Part shown: positions 40,687-54,803 of the stretch, in pieces
Layout: each line of letters opens with the position of its first letter
How positions within the stretch are numbered: the first letter of the stretch is position 1
From: Octopus vulgaris
Lineage: Eukaryota
Reading direction: 5' to 3'
Length of the DNA: 64,000 nucleotides
Assembly: GCA_951406725.2 (NCBI GenBank)
Contig: OX597818.1
Location: forward strand, 66,464,001-66,528,000
Made by a program: the position numbers and the translations under genes
Notes under the pieces: generated by a model
What the model was told of the DNA's origin: nothing
The model's database searches: none
The model's input: only the letters and a program-made list of their open reading frames with translations

Positions 40687-43222
40687 GCCTTTGCACAGCC
40701 GGAGATGTACCACAGTGTCAGCTGTTCACTACCAGTGAATTAAGGTAACGACTCTTATTTTTCGAGCACCATCCAGAGTATTCGACCGGTTCCAAGTAGT
40801 GCTGTTTTCTGCAAGTGCTCCACTCTTATTGCAGCCCCTATTTGTTCCGCGTACTTCTCGAGATTTTTACTCCCTGTTCCCAGGGCTCCAACAATTATTG
40901 GTCCTACTGCTACCTTTTCCATCGACCACAACTGCTTTACCTCCCAAGCTAACCTGTCATATCTCTCAACACTTCTTCCTTATCGCATACCTTGTTGTCA
41001 TCTGGGCATGCTATATCTATGATCCAGCATAGTTTGTTTTCTTTATCAATTAAGACTATATCTGGCTTCCTATTCTCAATCTCATAGTCGCACTGAATCA
41101 TAAAATCCCACACAATCTTTGCATTTTGCATTTTCGATGATGCCTTCACGTTTGTTGGTCATACCAATTGTTTTGCTCTGTCAAGTCCATACTTGTTGCA
41201 GATTGGCCAATGGACAAGCCTAGCTATATAGTCGTGGTGTCTCTCATATTCTTTCTAGGCTACTGACGTACATTGGCTGGCAATTTACCATACGGTTTAA
41301 CCATTTTGCCCACAGCTTTTGCCCTTGTCCCTTTCTGCTGTGTTTTCTATTCTGTATTTTATGTAGTCTTTTCTTAGTGCCTGCTGTTAGGCAGCACAGA
41401 TTAGAGCCTCCGTTTCCGGTTTTAAATCACTTTTTGTCATTCACAGCCATCTTTTTTCTCTGTCTGTCGTATCTTCAATATCCCTATGAAATTGACCATG
41501 CATTCTTTTCTTTGACCACCTATTTTCAGCTTCATTCCTTTTCAATTTCTTGTATAGTGCTTTATCTTTGCAATTTTTCATCGTACACAAGCTTGATCTT
41601 CCTACTTCTAATAATTGCGGTTTTGTGGGATATTTTACATACGATGCTATGTTGTTTTCTTCTGTTCTAATGCGTTCGCATGCAATAAGTCCTCTCCCCA
41701 CTCTTTTTCTTTGTACATACAGTCTGCCTGTGGCACGTTTTGGATGGCGTGACCCATATCTAGTTAGCAAATTCATTGTCTTTCTGTCTGAGCTGTTTAG
41801 CTCATCTACTGTCCATGCGATTACCCCAAATGAGTGAAACCGCCCTGGTGTTGATAGTTTCAATCTTATTCCGTCCGTTTAATTTCGACTTAAGTATCGG
41901 TCTCAGCTTCCGCAAGTAATCCACCTTACATTTTTCTGTGATTTCTTTCTCCATCAATTTATCCATTTCCAAAACACCCAAGTATTTATAGCCCATCTCT
42001 TCCATTTGCTTCATAACCTCCACCGACGGTATCGTTAGCACGACATACATTTGATTTTACTTCCCTTCAAGACTAACTCACCACACTTTCTCAGTCCGAA
42101 ATCCATTCTGATCATCACTGAAAGTATACTTTATATCAACGAGGGAACTGAGTTGGGCTCTATGTTTACCATAATGTTTGAGGTCATCCATGAATAACAG
42201 ATGGCTGACATTTTGTTAGGGTTTTTTGAATACATACCTGGCTTTTGCTTTCCTCAGTATCAGTGTTAGTGGTATCAAGCACAGTACAAAGATCAGTGGG
42301 GACAGGCAGTGCCCTTGGAAGTTGCCCCTCCTAATTTCTGCAGTCCCTAAACTTCTTCCGTATGTCGTCAGGTCCTTCCTCCAATTCGCCATACTTTTTC
42401 CAAGCAATCGCTCAACTTTCGATGCAATCCCAAAAAGGTTCATACACTCCATAATCCAAGAATGTGGGATCATATCGTACGCCTTACAATAGTCGATCCA
42501 TGACAGGGCTAAATTACTTTTCCTCTTCTTGCAGTCTCTTCGTACAGTTTTATCTACAAGTAGTTGATCCTTGGTACCTCTGCAATTATGCTTGCAACCC
42601 TTCTGCTCATGTGGCAGGACTCCATCTTTTCCCAGATGTTCGTACATTGACTGCGAGTATTCTAGTCAATAACTTCCACACAAGTGGCAAACAGGATATC
42701 AGCCTGTAATTGTCTACCGTATTGATTTTTCGATGTTTTTCAGGCATAGCACTGTCCTACCCAATGTGAACCACTCTGGTGTTCCTTGGTCGGCATTTAA
42801 CAAAGTGTTGAGTTGCACAGCTATTCCTGCATGACATTCACCAAAGATTTCCATTCAGTACCCTTGAACTCCATCCGGTCCCGTGGCTTTCCAATTGCAC
42901 TTTTTTCTTTTTTTTCTCTGATTTCCTTCTCTACCTCAACTGAAATAATTAGTTCTGCCTGTTTTGGACAGACAACTATTTGTTTCAATTCTTTCAGCCA
43001 TTCACCATTCTTCTTGTGCTCCTTGTCGTTGCTCCAGATGTCACTCCAAAACCTTTGACTTTCAATATTATATGGTATTAACTTTTCGTCTGTACATTCA
43101 CCATTTATTTCTTTATAGAATCTTTTCTGATCGACTCTGAATAACCTATTCTGGTGGTAACCCTTCATTCTTTGGTCGTATCTTACCATTTTTGCTTTTT
43201 TGCAAGGAGGCACTGTTTCAGT
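40687..43222 (-). mobile_element. Decayed 5'-truncated R4/Dong-clade non-LTR retrotransposon
   Basis: RT motifs EQKGC, WIDYCKAYD, QGHCLSP, YKYLG; RLE region WD..RKPDIV..IDIACP; (TTA)n on both sides; many frameshifts. Confidence 0.9.
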
Positions 43223-43271
43223 GTTATTATTATTTATTATTATTATTATTATTACTATTATTATTATTATT

Positions 43272-43824
43272 GAGTGAGCGAGCAGAGCATGCCATCAAAG
43301 TGACACTGGAGTAAAATATACGAAGCCCAGTATACCAATCATGACTACCCGTCTGATAAGGGTACACCAGGCACATGCATCACAACCATATGTGCGCGAC
43401 ATGGTGATCTCATATCAAAATAAACAGCACATGACCTTGCAGGTGGAGCCCAGTTAGAATTTTCTTCAGATCGAGTAACCCATCCCGCTCAAACGGTCCC
43501 TGAATAAGGGTTGTTTAAGGATGTTGAAAAACCCACCCATGTCTCCAGAGGTGAATTATTCAAACCCCAAAGAATCCCTCTCAACACATGGCTATGATGC
43601 TCCCCCACTACTTCTGCTCGTGATCAGAGATGCACATATCGTCAGCCACTAAGGGACATGCTCAACTGGTTAAGGTCAAACAACTGACAAGCAAATCTGT
43701 GTTATTGAGCAGAATATTTGCTGTAGCCCATCTTTTATACCAAGACAGAACAATGTACATGATAACACTTCCAATCAGTTAAGATCAGAAGCCATGAGAG
43801 CCTCTGCCTGGTACTGCATCAGGG

Positions 43825-43825
<1 letters not shown>
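43272..43825 (+). mobile_element. Unclassified ~550-bp interspersed repeat D, copy 2
   Basis: Matches 35516-36047; embedded in (TTA)n on both sides. Confidence 0.85.
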
Positions 43826-43887
<62 letters not shown>

Positions 43888-43919
43888 CATTATTTTTAGT
43901 TTTTATTAATTGATTTTAT

Positions 43920-44575
43920 AACAGGTTTTGTTGAAACACTTGGAGTGTCATTTGTGTAGTGGGTTTGCTGCCTGCAGTCTACGGTACCATGCTATTGAGA
44001 AATGTAGATAGAAAAAAATACAGAACATGATTAACGGTATTCTGAAGTGACCAACCCAAAGCAGACGCAGAGAAAATATATCTACCCCTCTCAGAAGGAA
44101 CTACTATAAAATAACAACAGGTGGACTACGAAAATATTTATAAACAAAATGTCGAAAACTACATGTAATTAGATTGTAGAAGAAAAGGAAAGCGCTTTTC
44201 TCTATACACAAGGAGTTGACAAAATATAAAGCGCAAAGAAACTGACAAACAGATCTCAAAAGATAACATAATAAAAATGTTTAAAGAGAGAGAAAAAAAA
44301 AACAAGAGAATTACAAAATATTCCAAAAAGAAATGGAGAGAAATATCACTCCGTGGAAGTGAGTGATAGGGAGGAAGTGAGCGTAAGTAAAACCCAAATA
44401 CGGTTCAAAAGCTCTGGACTAAAAACTAAAACGAATGGACCGATTCTCATTGTACAAGGCCAACGTCTATGAACAGCAGTAAAAGCAAAATAATAAAAGC
44501 AAACAATAACGCCAAATGCAGAATATGAAACCAGCTCAGTGAGACGGTTGACCACATATTTTCTGGCTTTCCTTT
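43920..44575 (+). pseudogene. Old R4/Dong-like fragment
   Basis: LRNVDRK, PKADAEKIYLP, FKSSGLKTKT and NAKCRI*NQLSETVDHIFSG align with the 57.3-58.2 kb Dong protein. Confidence 0.7.
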
Positions 44576-44584
44576 TCTTCTACT

Positions 44585-45010
44585 ATTTTATTACATGTAG
44601 TTTTCGACATTTTGTTTATATATATTTTCCTACCCCATCTGTTATTTTATAGTAGTTCTCTATCTGTGTTTGGCCACGGCCTCCGCCTGAGAGGAGTAGA
44701 TATATTCTCTCTACGTCTGCTTTGGTTGGTCCCTTCAGAATACTGTTAATCGTGGTCTGTTTCTTTCTATCTACATTTCTCAACTCAACGATTTTCCCGT
44801 GTTTTATGTTGAAGTTGTATTTTACGACAAGTATGGCTAGTATTTTTATCCTTATTATACTATTTTTAGCATTGAGGTCAGTGTTTAATATTTGTCAAAC
44901 TCTTTTCTAACGTTGTATCCTAATTTTCTCTTTCATTTCTGTGTGTCGTATTGTAGCTGTCCCGTCTATTCCCAGATATGTTCAGGGACGATTGCGGTCT
45001 AATTCATTGA
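44585..45010 (-). pseudogene. Old R4/Dong-like fragment, inverted
   Basis: TYLGIDG..MKEKIR..DLNAKN..LAILVVKYNFN..ELRNVDRK..GGGRG align with the Dong RT C-terminal region. Confidence 0.75.
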
Positions 45011-45339
45011 CGTTTAAATAAATCCTATTCTATTTTTATCATTCTATATCATTAATAATAATATGAAAATATTGTTAAAATGTTTTGTGTGATGTTGAAT
45101 GGTGATAAATGCATTGCCCATAAATTTTAACAACGGGATCTTATATGGACTCGGTCAAGAGTCACATTGACCCCGGTTGAGAACCAGTGGATTAGACGGA
45201 AATGATATCAACATACCTGCTTCACTTACATTAAAGTATTTCTCCAATATCAACGTGCATTTCGTGTTTGGAGTTGTTAGCACAATCATATATCCCTTTT
45301 CGAGGTAACTGAATTGTTGAAACCAATTATCATAATGTT

Positions 45340-45515
45340 GCTTTCAATATTTGGCATAGGCACCGCAAAAATTCGGCGGATGGTAAGAAGACGATTACTT
45401 CGACCCAATTGCTCAAATGTATATGTTTACGACCGCGGAAGGATGAAAAACGGAAGACTTCAGAACGGAAATATGAGCAAACTGCCGCCAAGTATTTTAT
45501 CCGACGAGCAACAAA
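45340..45515 (-). mobile_element. SINE family B, old diverged copy
   Basis: gaccgcggaaggatgaaa...ttcagaacg resembles family B. Confidence 0.5.
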
Positions 45516-46469
45516 TAATTTATCAAAATATTTCACGATTCAAGTACATAACATTTTTGTAGATAGTTTCAAATCTTGTTCGAAATTTTTTTTCTATAGG
45601 ATCTTAAACAGTGAGCGCAATTCAATATTTGACTTTATTTTTTAAATTTTCTTTATTAATATGAACATTGGTTTTACTTTGTCCGTTAATATCTGCATTA
45701 CAAGAATGTATTGAATTTGATCGTGATGCGTTTGACTTGAGAGAGAGAGAGACATACAATGTAACAAAACATCACCTAAAATGCCAAACGCATTGCTTGT
45801 TGAATTTAATTGTTATGCTCCTCTGCGTCTCTCTTATTTCTAATACACATTCAATATGTAAGCATTTGCATTAATATTTATGTTAGATGATGTTTGAAAC
45901 GCAGAATTATAGACACTTAATCAATTAGCGCCAGAACATATCAGATATGATAAAATGTTTCCATCTACGTACCAACAACATATCTTCAAAGAATAATAGA
46001 GTCCTTATATACTTTTAGTAGGTCGACTGCTTTGAAATTCATATTAGACGAGCAGCGCTGTTGTTTTAATATAGCCGTTTGTATATTAATTTAAAGTAGT
46101 GTACAAACATGGCGTACATATGAACTGCTATATTACTGCTATTTAATAATTCCAGATGAAATGTAAGCGCAAATAGGTTAAAAAGGAGGAGGGTAGATGC
46201 CATGTTTTTACCGTCCTACGTGTGCAACAAAGCAGTGTATAACATTTGTCATTAAGTATTTCAGATAATATTCTACCGGTTACTGCATATTGGATAAAAG
46301 ATGAAAATACGAACAATATTATATATTTCATATATCGAACATTAAATCTGTGACGGAGCAAGCACTAAAACTATCGATCTATGATCTGAATGAAAAAACA
46401 GTCATTAAACAAAGAAAATACAAAGAGAATCAAACATTATACTTCTCTAGTTTCTGTTATTTCTTAAAT

Positions 46470-46830
46470 GAAAACCAGGGGTGAAGACTTCATTTTTTGA
46501 CATAGTCACCTTAATTTCCGATGCTTTTCTGCAGCTGTCCAGAATTTTTGTTTATTTCATCGGTTTGTCTCGCAGCCATTGTGCATTGATTGCTGTGTTT
46601 TTTCGTCCGTAGCAAATCGTGAAGCACGTAAAGGAAGTTTGAATTGTCCAAAGATGTGATACTCGGAAGAGGAGAAATACGGACATCATGCTGGATGCTT
46701 CAGCAACACGAAACTCAGTTTTAAAATTACTTCAACGCTGCCGGATGCCGGATGTGGTCGTGCATTTTCGTGCAGCAAAATAGTTTTTTTGATAGTAGAC
46801 CTCGACATTTTCTCCTAATAGCTAGTATCA
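46470..46830 (-). pseudogene. Decayed mariner (DD34D) transposase C-terminus
   Basis: LLHENARPH...KHPA*CPYFSSSEYHIFG..RF, with 34 residues between the two decayed catalytic positions. Confidence 0.8.
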
Positions 46831-47825
46831 CTTTGCAGAACAATGAGAAATTTGCAAGTCTACCGAGTTTGCAAGTCACTGGAGGAAGCTGAAGGGCGTC
46901 TTCCTATCTTATCGTTCATCATTATTACCTGAACTTTTCAATGCATTCATTCATTCCTCTACGTGGTTAAACGCTGTCCCCGCATTGCACTGAAAGCCTG
47001 TTACGAAATTCAACGTCTGACACATTTTTGGTAGCAGAGAAATCTGATCACACATCTCTATTCCAGCAAAGCAGCCATGTTTAATTTGAAAAACGAAAAC
47101 TGGAGCAATCAAGGCCAAACCTTTTCTAAGTAACCAAAAGAATGCTAATTTTTAGCACCCGAGCAAAAAGTAAATTTTCGCGAAGGAGTGAATAAATTTT
47201 GACTCCAACTGATATATGTATGTTTCTTAAATTGAAAGAACATTAATCCCCAAGTTCACCGCCTTATAATTTCAATGAAAATGTCGCACTCTAGTTACGA
47301 AAAATGGATCCGTAGAATCGTAGAACTTGTAGAAGTTGTACAAAAATTAAGCAATGTAGAAAGAAAATAACAAGTCGGATAAGAGGCACGATTTTCGCAA
47401 AATATTATTTCATCTGCACTAAATATACCAGGACAATATTCTGATATCTCCTTGATATCATTTCCTCAAATCACTCTACCATTCCTGTTCTCTCTCATCT
47501 CCAATTATATTATCTCTTCATCTTACTAAGACACTTCTAATGGACAAGAATTTATAAAATCCCAAAAGGGAAAGAACAAACACAAAAAACAACAACGTGA
47601 GGACATGCTACATATAACGTATTTGCTAACGCTCAGAGAAGGAAAGAAATATGGTTTGACGTTGCAAGCAAAGCCCTTCTTCAGAAAAAGCGGCAAATCC
47701 AATTGAAAAGGTCGACAGAGGAAAAAATTCCAATGACTCATATTTGGTTACATTAAAAAAATGTAATATATCTGGATATATATATATTTATATATACGAG
47801 AAAGAAGCAACAAGAATGGATAGGT

Positions 47826-47916
47826 TTTTAGTACAATCGTTTCATACAAGGACAGGCTTTATTAAAAGTTGCAAAAATTACAGCATATAAACGTGTCCCG
47901 TACTCATCAGCTAAAA
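47826..47916 (-). ncRNA. Canonical type I hammerhead ribozyme at the PLE 3' end
   Basis: ttttag-CTGATGA-gtacgggaca...tgtccttgtat-GAAA-cgattg-TA-ctaaaa: 6-bp stem I, 10-bp stem II (1 bulge), intact core, GUA site. Confidence 0.9.
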
Positions 47917-49368
47917 TACATGTGAGTTCTCTAGACATCCTAGTGGTTGAGGCTATACTCATGAAGTAATGTAGATAATTAAGTAACATAAACAGATTTC
48001 TAAAGTTCATTAAAGTTCATTAAAGATGATGTACAGTCTTATCACAGAATTTTAAAAAAGTTTTAATAGCATCACAGAGAAGGTGACCTAATCCATAGTG
48101 CACATATGAATTTCCAGAGATATGATGAGGGATTACATACTCACAGAAGACAAATTTATCTATTGTTAATTACAACGAGGTGGGTTTCAATTCCTGCTTA
48201 TTAGCATTATAGAGAGGGTGAATTAATCCTTTGTATAGATGCACAATTTCCAATGGTGTAGATGTAAATTTCCAGAGAAATGAAGAGGAATTTCAAATTC
48301 ACAGGCGATAAGTTTATCAATGGTTGAACACAATGAGGTAGGTATCAATTCTTGTTATATGATTAGGTATTTGCCACATTAATCACATTACTGCTATTTA
48401 CAAGAGGCTGTAGCTATTTAACTTCTAAAGGCTGAAGGGCTTTCTAGGGCGGCAAAGAATAGAAAAGGGAGGGAATAGAAGAAAAGAGAGAAAATAAAGG
48501 AGGAGGGAGCAAAAAAGGGGGGGGACTAAAAGAGAAGAGAAAAGGAAAAAGAGAATAAGCAGAAGGAAAAGAAAAAAGAGAAAAGAGAAAGATATAGGGA
48601 AAGAAGGGAAAAAAGAAAAAGAAAAAAAAGGGTTCTAGTTATACAGAAGAATTAGTAGACGGCAAGTCTGGTTTTAATTTACAGGCATCTAGGAACTAAA
48701 GGAGAATATTATTCTTTGACCAGTAAAACAGCTAATTTATTGCTGTTGAAATCAGCTATGAATTTAAAGAGAATCTAAAGAGATAACACAGTCAGGGGTT
48801 TAGGGGTCAGATGCTAAAATCACCAGAAAACACATTAGGAAAATCTAGGTATAAACCTATCAAAAAGTCATTAAAATTTACTTATTTAATTTATTCCTTT
48901 TATTGTCTTAAGTAGTTGCCGTTATTATTCATACATTGACGGACTACAGGTCAAATCTTAGAAGATCATTTACAAGGTGTTAGGGGATTGTCTATTATAA
49001 TGAAGATAATCATATTATCACTGAGGGAATAGCCTTATTTATTTAATTTTGAAATAGAATTATGGGGCTATAGTCACTCGTTTTAATTTATTAGAGTTAT
49101 GCTATTTAAATTAAATTAAGTTAGGAATTAAAATTAAAAATTACAATTAAGATTTAAAATTAAGAATTTAAAAATTGTGAGTTTGAAATTAAATAAAGCC
49201 TCAATTAAGCAGCCAACAAGTACTATTCATTTCCCTGTTCTCAAAAAACTGATGCAGATATAAGGAAAAAGATAACTGTAGTGTGAGAACTCTTAGTTAT
49301 CTACTTAAAGCAATGCTATACTAATAGAAGTCAAGTTATATCTATCTATCTAGTTACGAATATTCTAA

Positions 49369-51566
<2,198 letters not shown>

Positions 51567-51569
<3 letters not shown>

Positions 51570-52335
51570 ACATAAATGCAAACAAAGGAGGAAAAAATAG
51601 TACTCGAATACCAGAGGTAATGTATTATGCTTTAATAAAAAGTAGCAAAAATATCACAAAAACTGTTACTCAGAGTTCCACGTTTCCATTCGTCGGACAG
51701 TTTCGTTTAGAATGGAACAAAATGAAGGTAATAGGCAAAAATATACAATTAATTTAATAGATTCACATTTGATTATCGTTTTGTTTCATTCGTCCTTTTG
51801 TGGTGGTTGCATACAACAAAGAAATTGCAGTATAACATAATTAAATACGTGTATATATACAATAAAAATGAACATCGGCGAAGCGGAAGCGTAAATTTCT
51901 AAAAAAAGTCGAAGGCTTTTTTAAAAACACTAGCATTGCAATGCAAAAACAACTATAACGTGTAAATGTATATGCAACTCAACGTCAAAAATTTTTTCAA
52001 CGGATATAAATTCTAAAGTATTAAGTGTACGGATGATTATTTACCCTCGGTATTTAGGCTCTGCACTTTTTTATAAGCTTCGATTTAAGGTTTTCTTCGA
52101 TGTTTTATAAGATGATGTTTTTATACCGCAATGTTTTCATTGCATGCGACTGTCATAAAAAAGACAGTAAGTTGAAAGGACCAATTAAACAAAACTATTT
52201 TCAAATGTGTATCTATTAAACTAATTGTATATTTTTTCCTTATAACCTTATTTTTTGTTCCATTCTAAACGGAACTCTCCGACGAACGGGAACATGAAAC
52301 CATGAGCATCTTTGCTGCTTTTAATAAAGTATATA
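51567..52335. mobile_element. Fold-back element with diverged inverted arms (~51625-51810 vs ~52170-52335)
   Basis: cgtttagaatggaacaaaa / ttttgttccattctaaacg and flanks are reverse complements; (TA)n on both sides. Confidence 0.75.
51660..51703 (-). ncRNA. Type I hammerhead motif with core substitutions
   Basis: aaactgt-CCGACGA-atg-gaaa-cgt-GGAA-ctctgag-TA-acagttt: perfect 7-bp stem I; U4C and A13G; the opposite arm keeps GAAA. Confidence 0.7.
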
Positions 52336-53754
52336 TATATATATTATAATTATGCATATAATTATAGAATATTTTGTATAATTTACCTAAATGGTGTTTT
52401 AACGTACTGACTAATTGGCTAAATTATTATTATTAAAGATCTTATACTAATTTATTATTACATGTATATGTATGTATGAGTGTGTATATACATACATACA
52501 TATATATATATATACATACATAATATCTTCACGTATTATACATATATGCTTGCATATATGAGTACACCAATGGAGGTTGAAATGGAATTGGCTAATAATT
52601 CCCTTCACCGGCGAAGGCTTTTCGAAGAGAGCAGGGAAAAATTACGTGTTAGTTTTCCAATTGCCTTTAAAGTGACAGCGCAGTAATTTTAATGCGTGTA
52701 GCATGAAAAACTATTTAGTATAATGTCGTTCTTTTATCTGATTTGTTCACGCCAGACTTTCGAATAATTAAAATTTCATCTTATGTAAAATGTACATAAT
52801 TGAATACAAAGACTCCTTCTGGACGGGAAAATTCTCGGGAATCAACACTGCCATTCGTATTAATTACAGAGAATTAAATGAGAATACGGTTGTTGCTGAT
52901 TTTGATCTCTCAGAATATGGCAACTTATTTCGCTGATTCCTTCTCATTAAACATCACTAAATGCAAACGTATGGCGAGTCGTTAAATAATTAGAGTAGTT
53001 ATATCGCGCATTTTATGAACACACGGTAGAATGATAACACAGTAGAATGAATACGGAAGTATACCAGGCATTAATTTTCTCGAAAATCTCGGTAAAATAT
53101 TTGATATGTTGGCGCTGACGTAATCGATTTAGCGAGCAATGGAGTGTTTGCGGTTGATATGTGAGAGGAAAATGGAAGAAGTGGAAGTAAAGATGGACGT
53201 TTATGCAAATTTTGATTAAAGGTGCGGCAGAATATGAATGGATGACAGCGACCTCGATGGTGTAGAGTGGATACAGGGGCTGGCACTTAGTTGCAATTAA
53301 GTTTTGGGTGGGTTTGGGCGAGAAGTAAAAGTGTGAATCTTTCGGGCTTCTTTGACAGCAAAATTGGTTTATAGAGTTGGATAGCAGAGACGTTTCCAAG
53401 AAGCTTTTGAAGGTGCATCACTATGTTAGACCTAACGGTTACAGGACTAAAATTGTGCCTGGTCATCTGCAGGTGGTCCGCAGTTTTCGGCTGCAAGTGA
53501 CATCAACGTTGATAATAATATTTTATTTTAATAAATTTAAATATTCGAAACAATTTTGTTTTTCATTGAAAAGAAATTCATTAACATTCTGGTCAAACAT
53601 TACACCGGTAGCAACCTTGAAGTTATAGAAAATAAAAACAATAGACCAATAAATAATGCGGAACTGCTGCGTTTCTAAGCGACAAAAATGAGGTGACACT
53701 CAAGACATTTTTTCCTTAATATTTGGTGGTCAAATATGAAATATATATAATGCA

Positions 53755-53907
53755 GTTCTATACTTAAGACGACTTTACATTGGACAAATATTTGTCATCA
53801 TCTTGTTTCTTGTTAACACAACGTTTCGGTTGATATATCATCCAGCCTTCATAAGGTGTCTTGGAAATTTCGAACCTGGGTTCTCTTTCCTAAGGTATTT
53901 TTCGATG
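53755..53907 (-). mobile_element. HHR-bearing short element, copy 3 (HHR 53815-53860, core CTTATGA)
   Basis: Reverse-complement match to 3011-3160; abuts long (TTG)(TTA)n. Confidence 0.85.
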
Positions 53908-54224
<317 letters not shown>

Positions 54225-54803
54225 TAATATATTATTATTATTTTTTTTTTGACTGATAGGACCCCACCTAAAAAAAACAATATCACTGATGGTGATGGTG
54301 ATGATGGTGATGATGATAATAATGATAGTAATAGTGCTGATAATCTATCTATCTATCTACACACACACACACTCAAAGAGTTCAACCACCACAAAACTCG
54401 CCTCGGCTCTATTGTTAACCAAATATGAAAGTATTACTTGACAGGCAAGAACTCTGGCATTGAAGACAGTCAGCCAGCCAACCACCAAGCCAGCCAACGA
54501 GACAGACAGACACTACTGTGATGGTGATAATGATAAAAAATAACAATAATAAGATACTGCTGTGACTACACATAAAACAATATCATTGATGATGATGATG
54601 GTAATGGTGATGGTGATGATGATAATGATGATGGTAATGGTGGTGATAATGATGATAGTGATAATAATGGTGATGATAATAATAATAAGCCGACTACGGC
54701 TGCTATAATGGTACGATTATAATTGTAACGGCAATGATGGCCGTCTCCCCACGAGGCAATCAAAGCTAAAAAATGATAACATTATCGTAGCACCAAAATA
54801 TTT

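Noticed and set aside
45015-45189. hAT-like terminal sequence (cactggttctcaaccgggg on the minus strand)
   Set aside because: Only one end found, with no partner TIR or 8-bp TSD
52990-53500. GC-richer stretch with several ORFs, perhaps a very old PLE fragment
   Set aside because: No convincing motif recoverable by eye
54690-54780. Possible HDV-like ribozyme at the Dong 5' end
   Set aside because: Small hairpins exist, but I could not build the P1/P1.1/P2/P3 nested pseudoknot; a descriptor search would settle it
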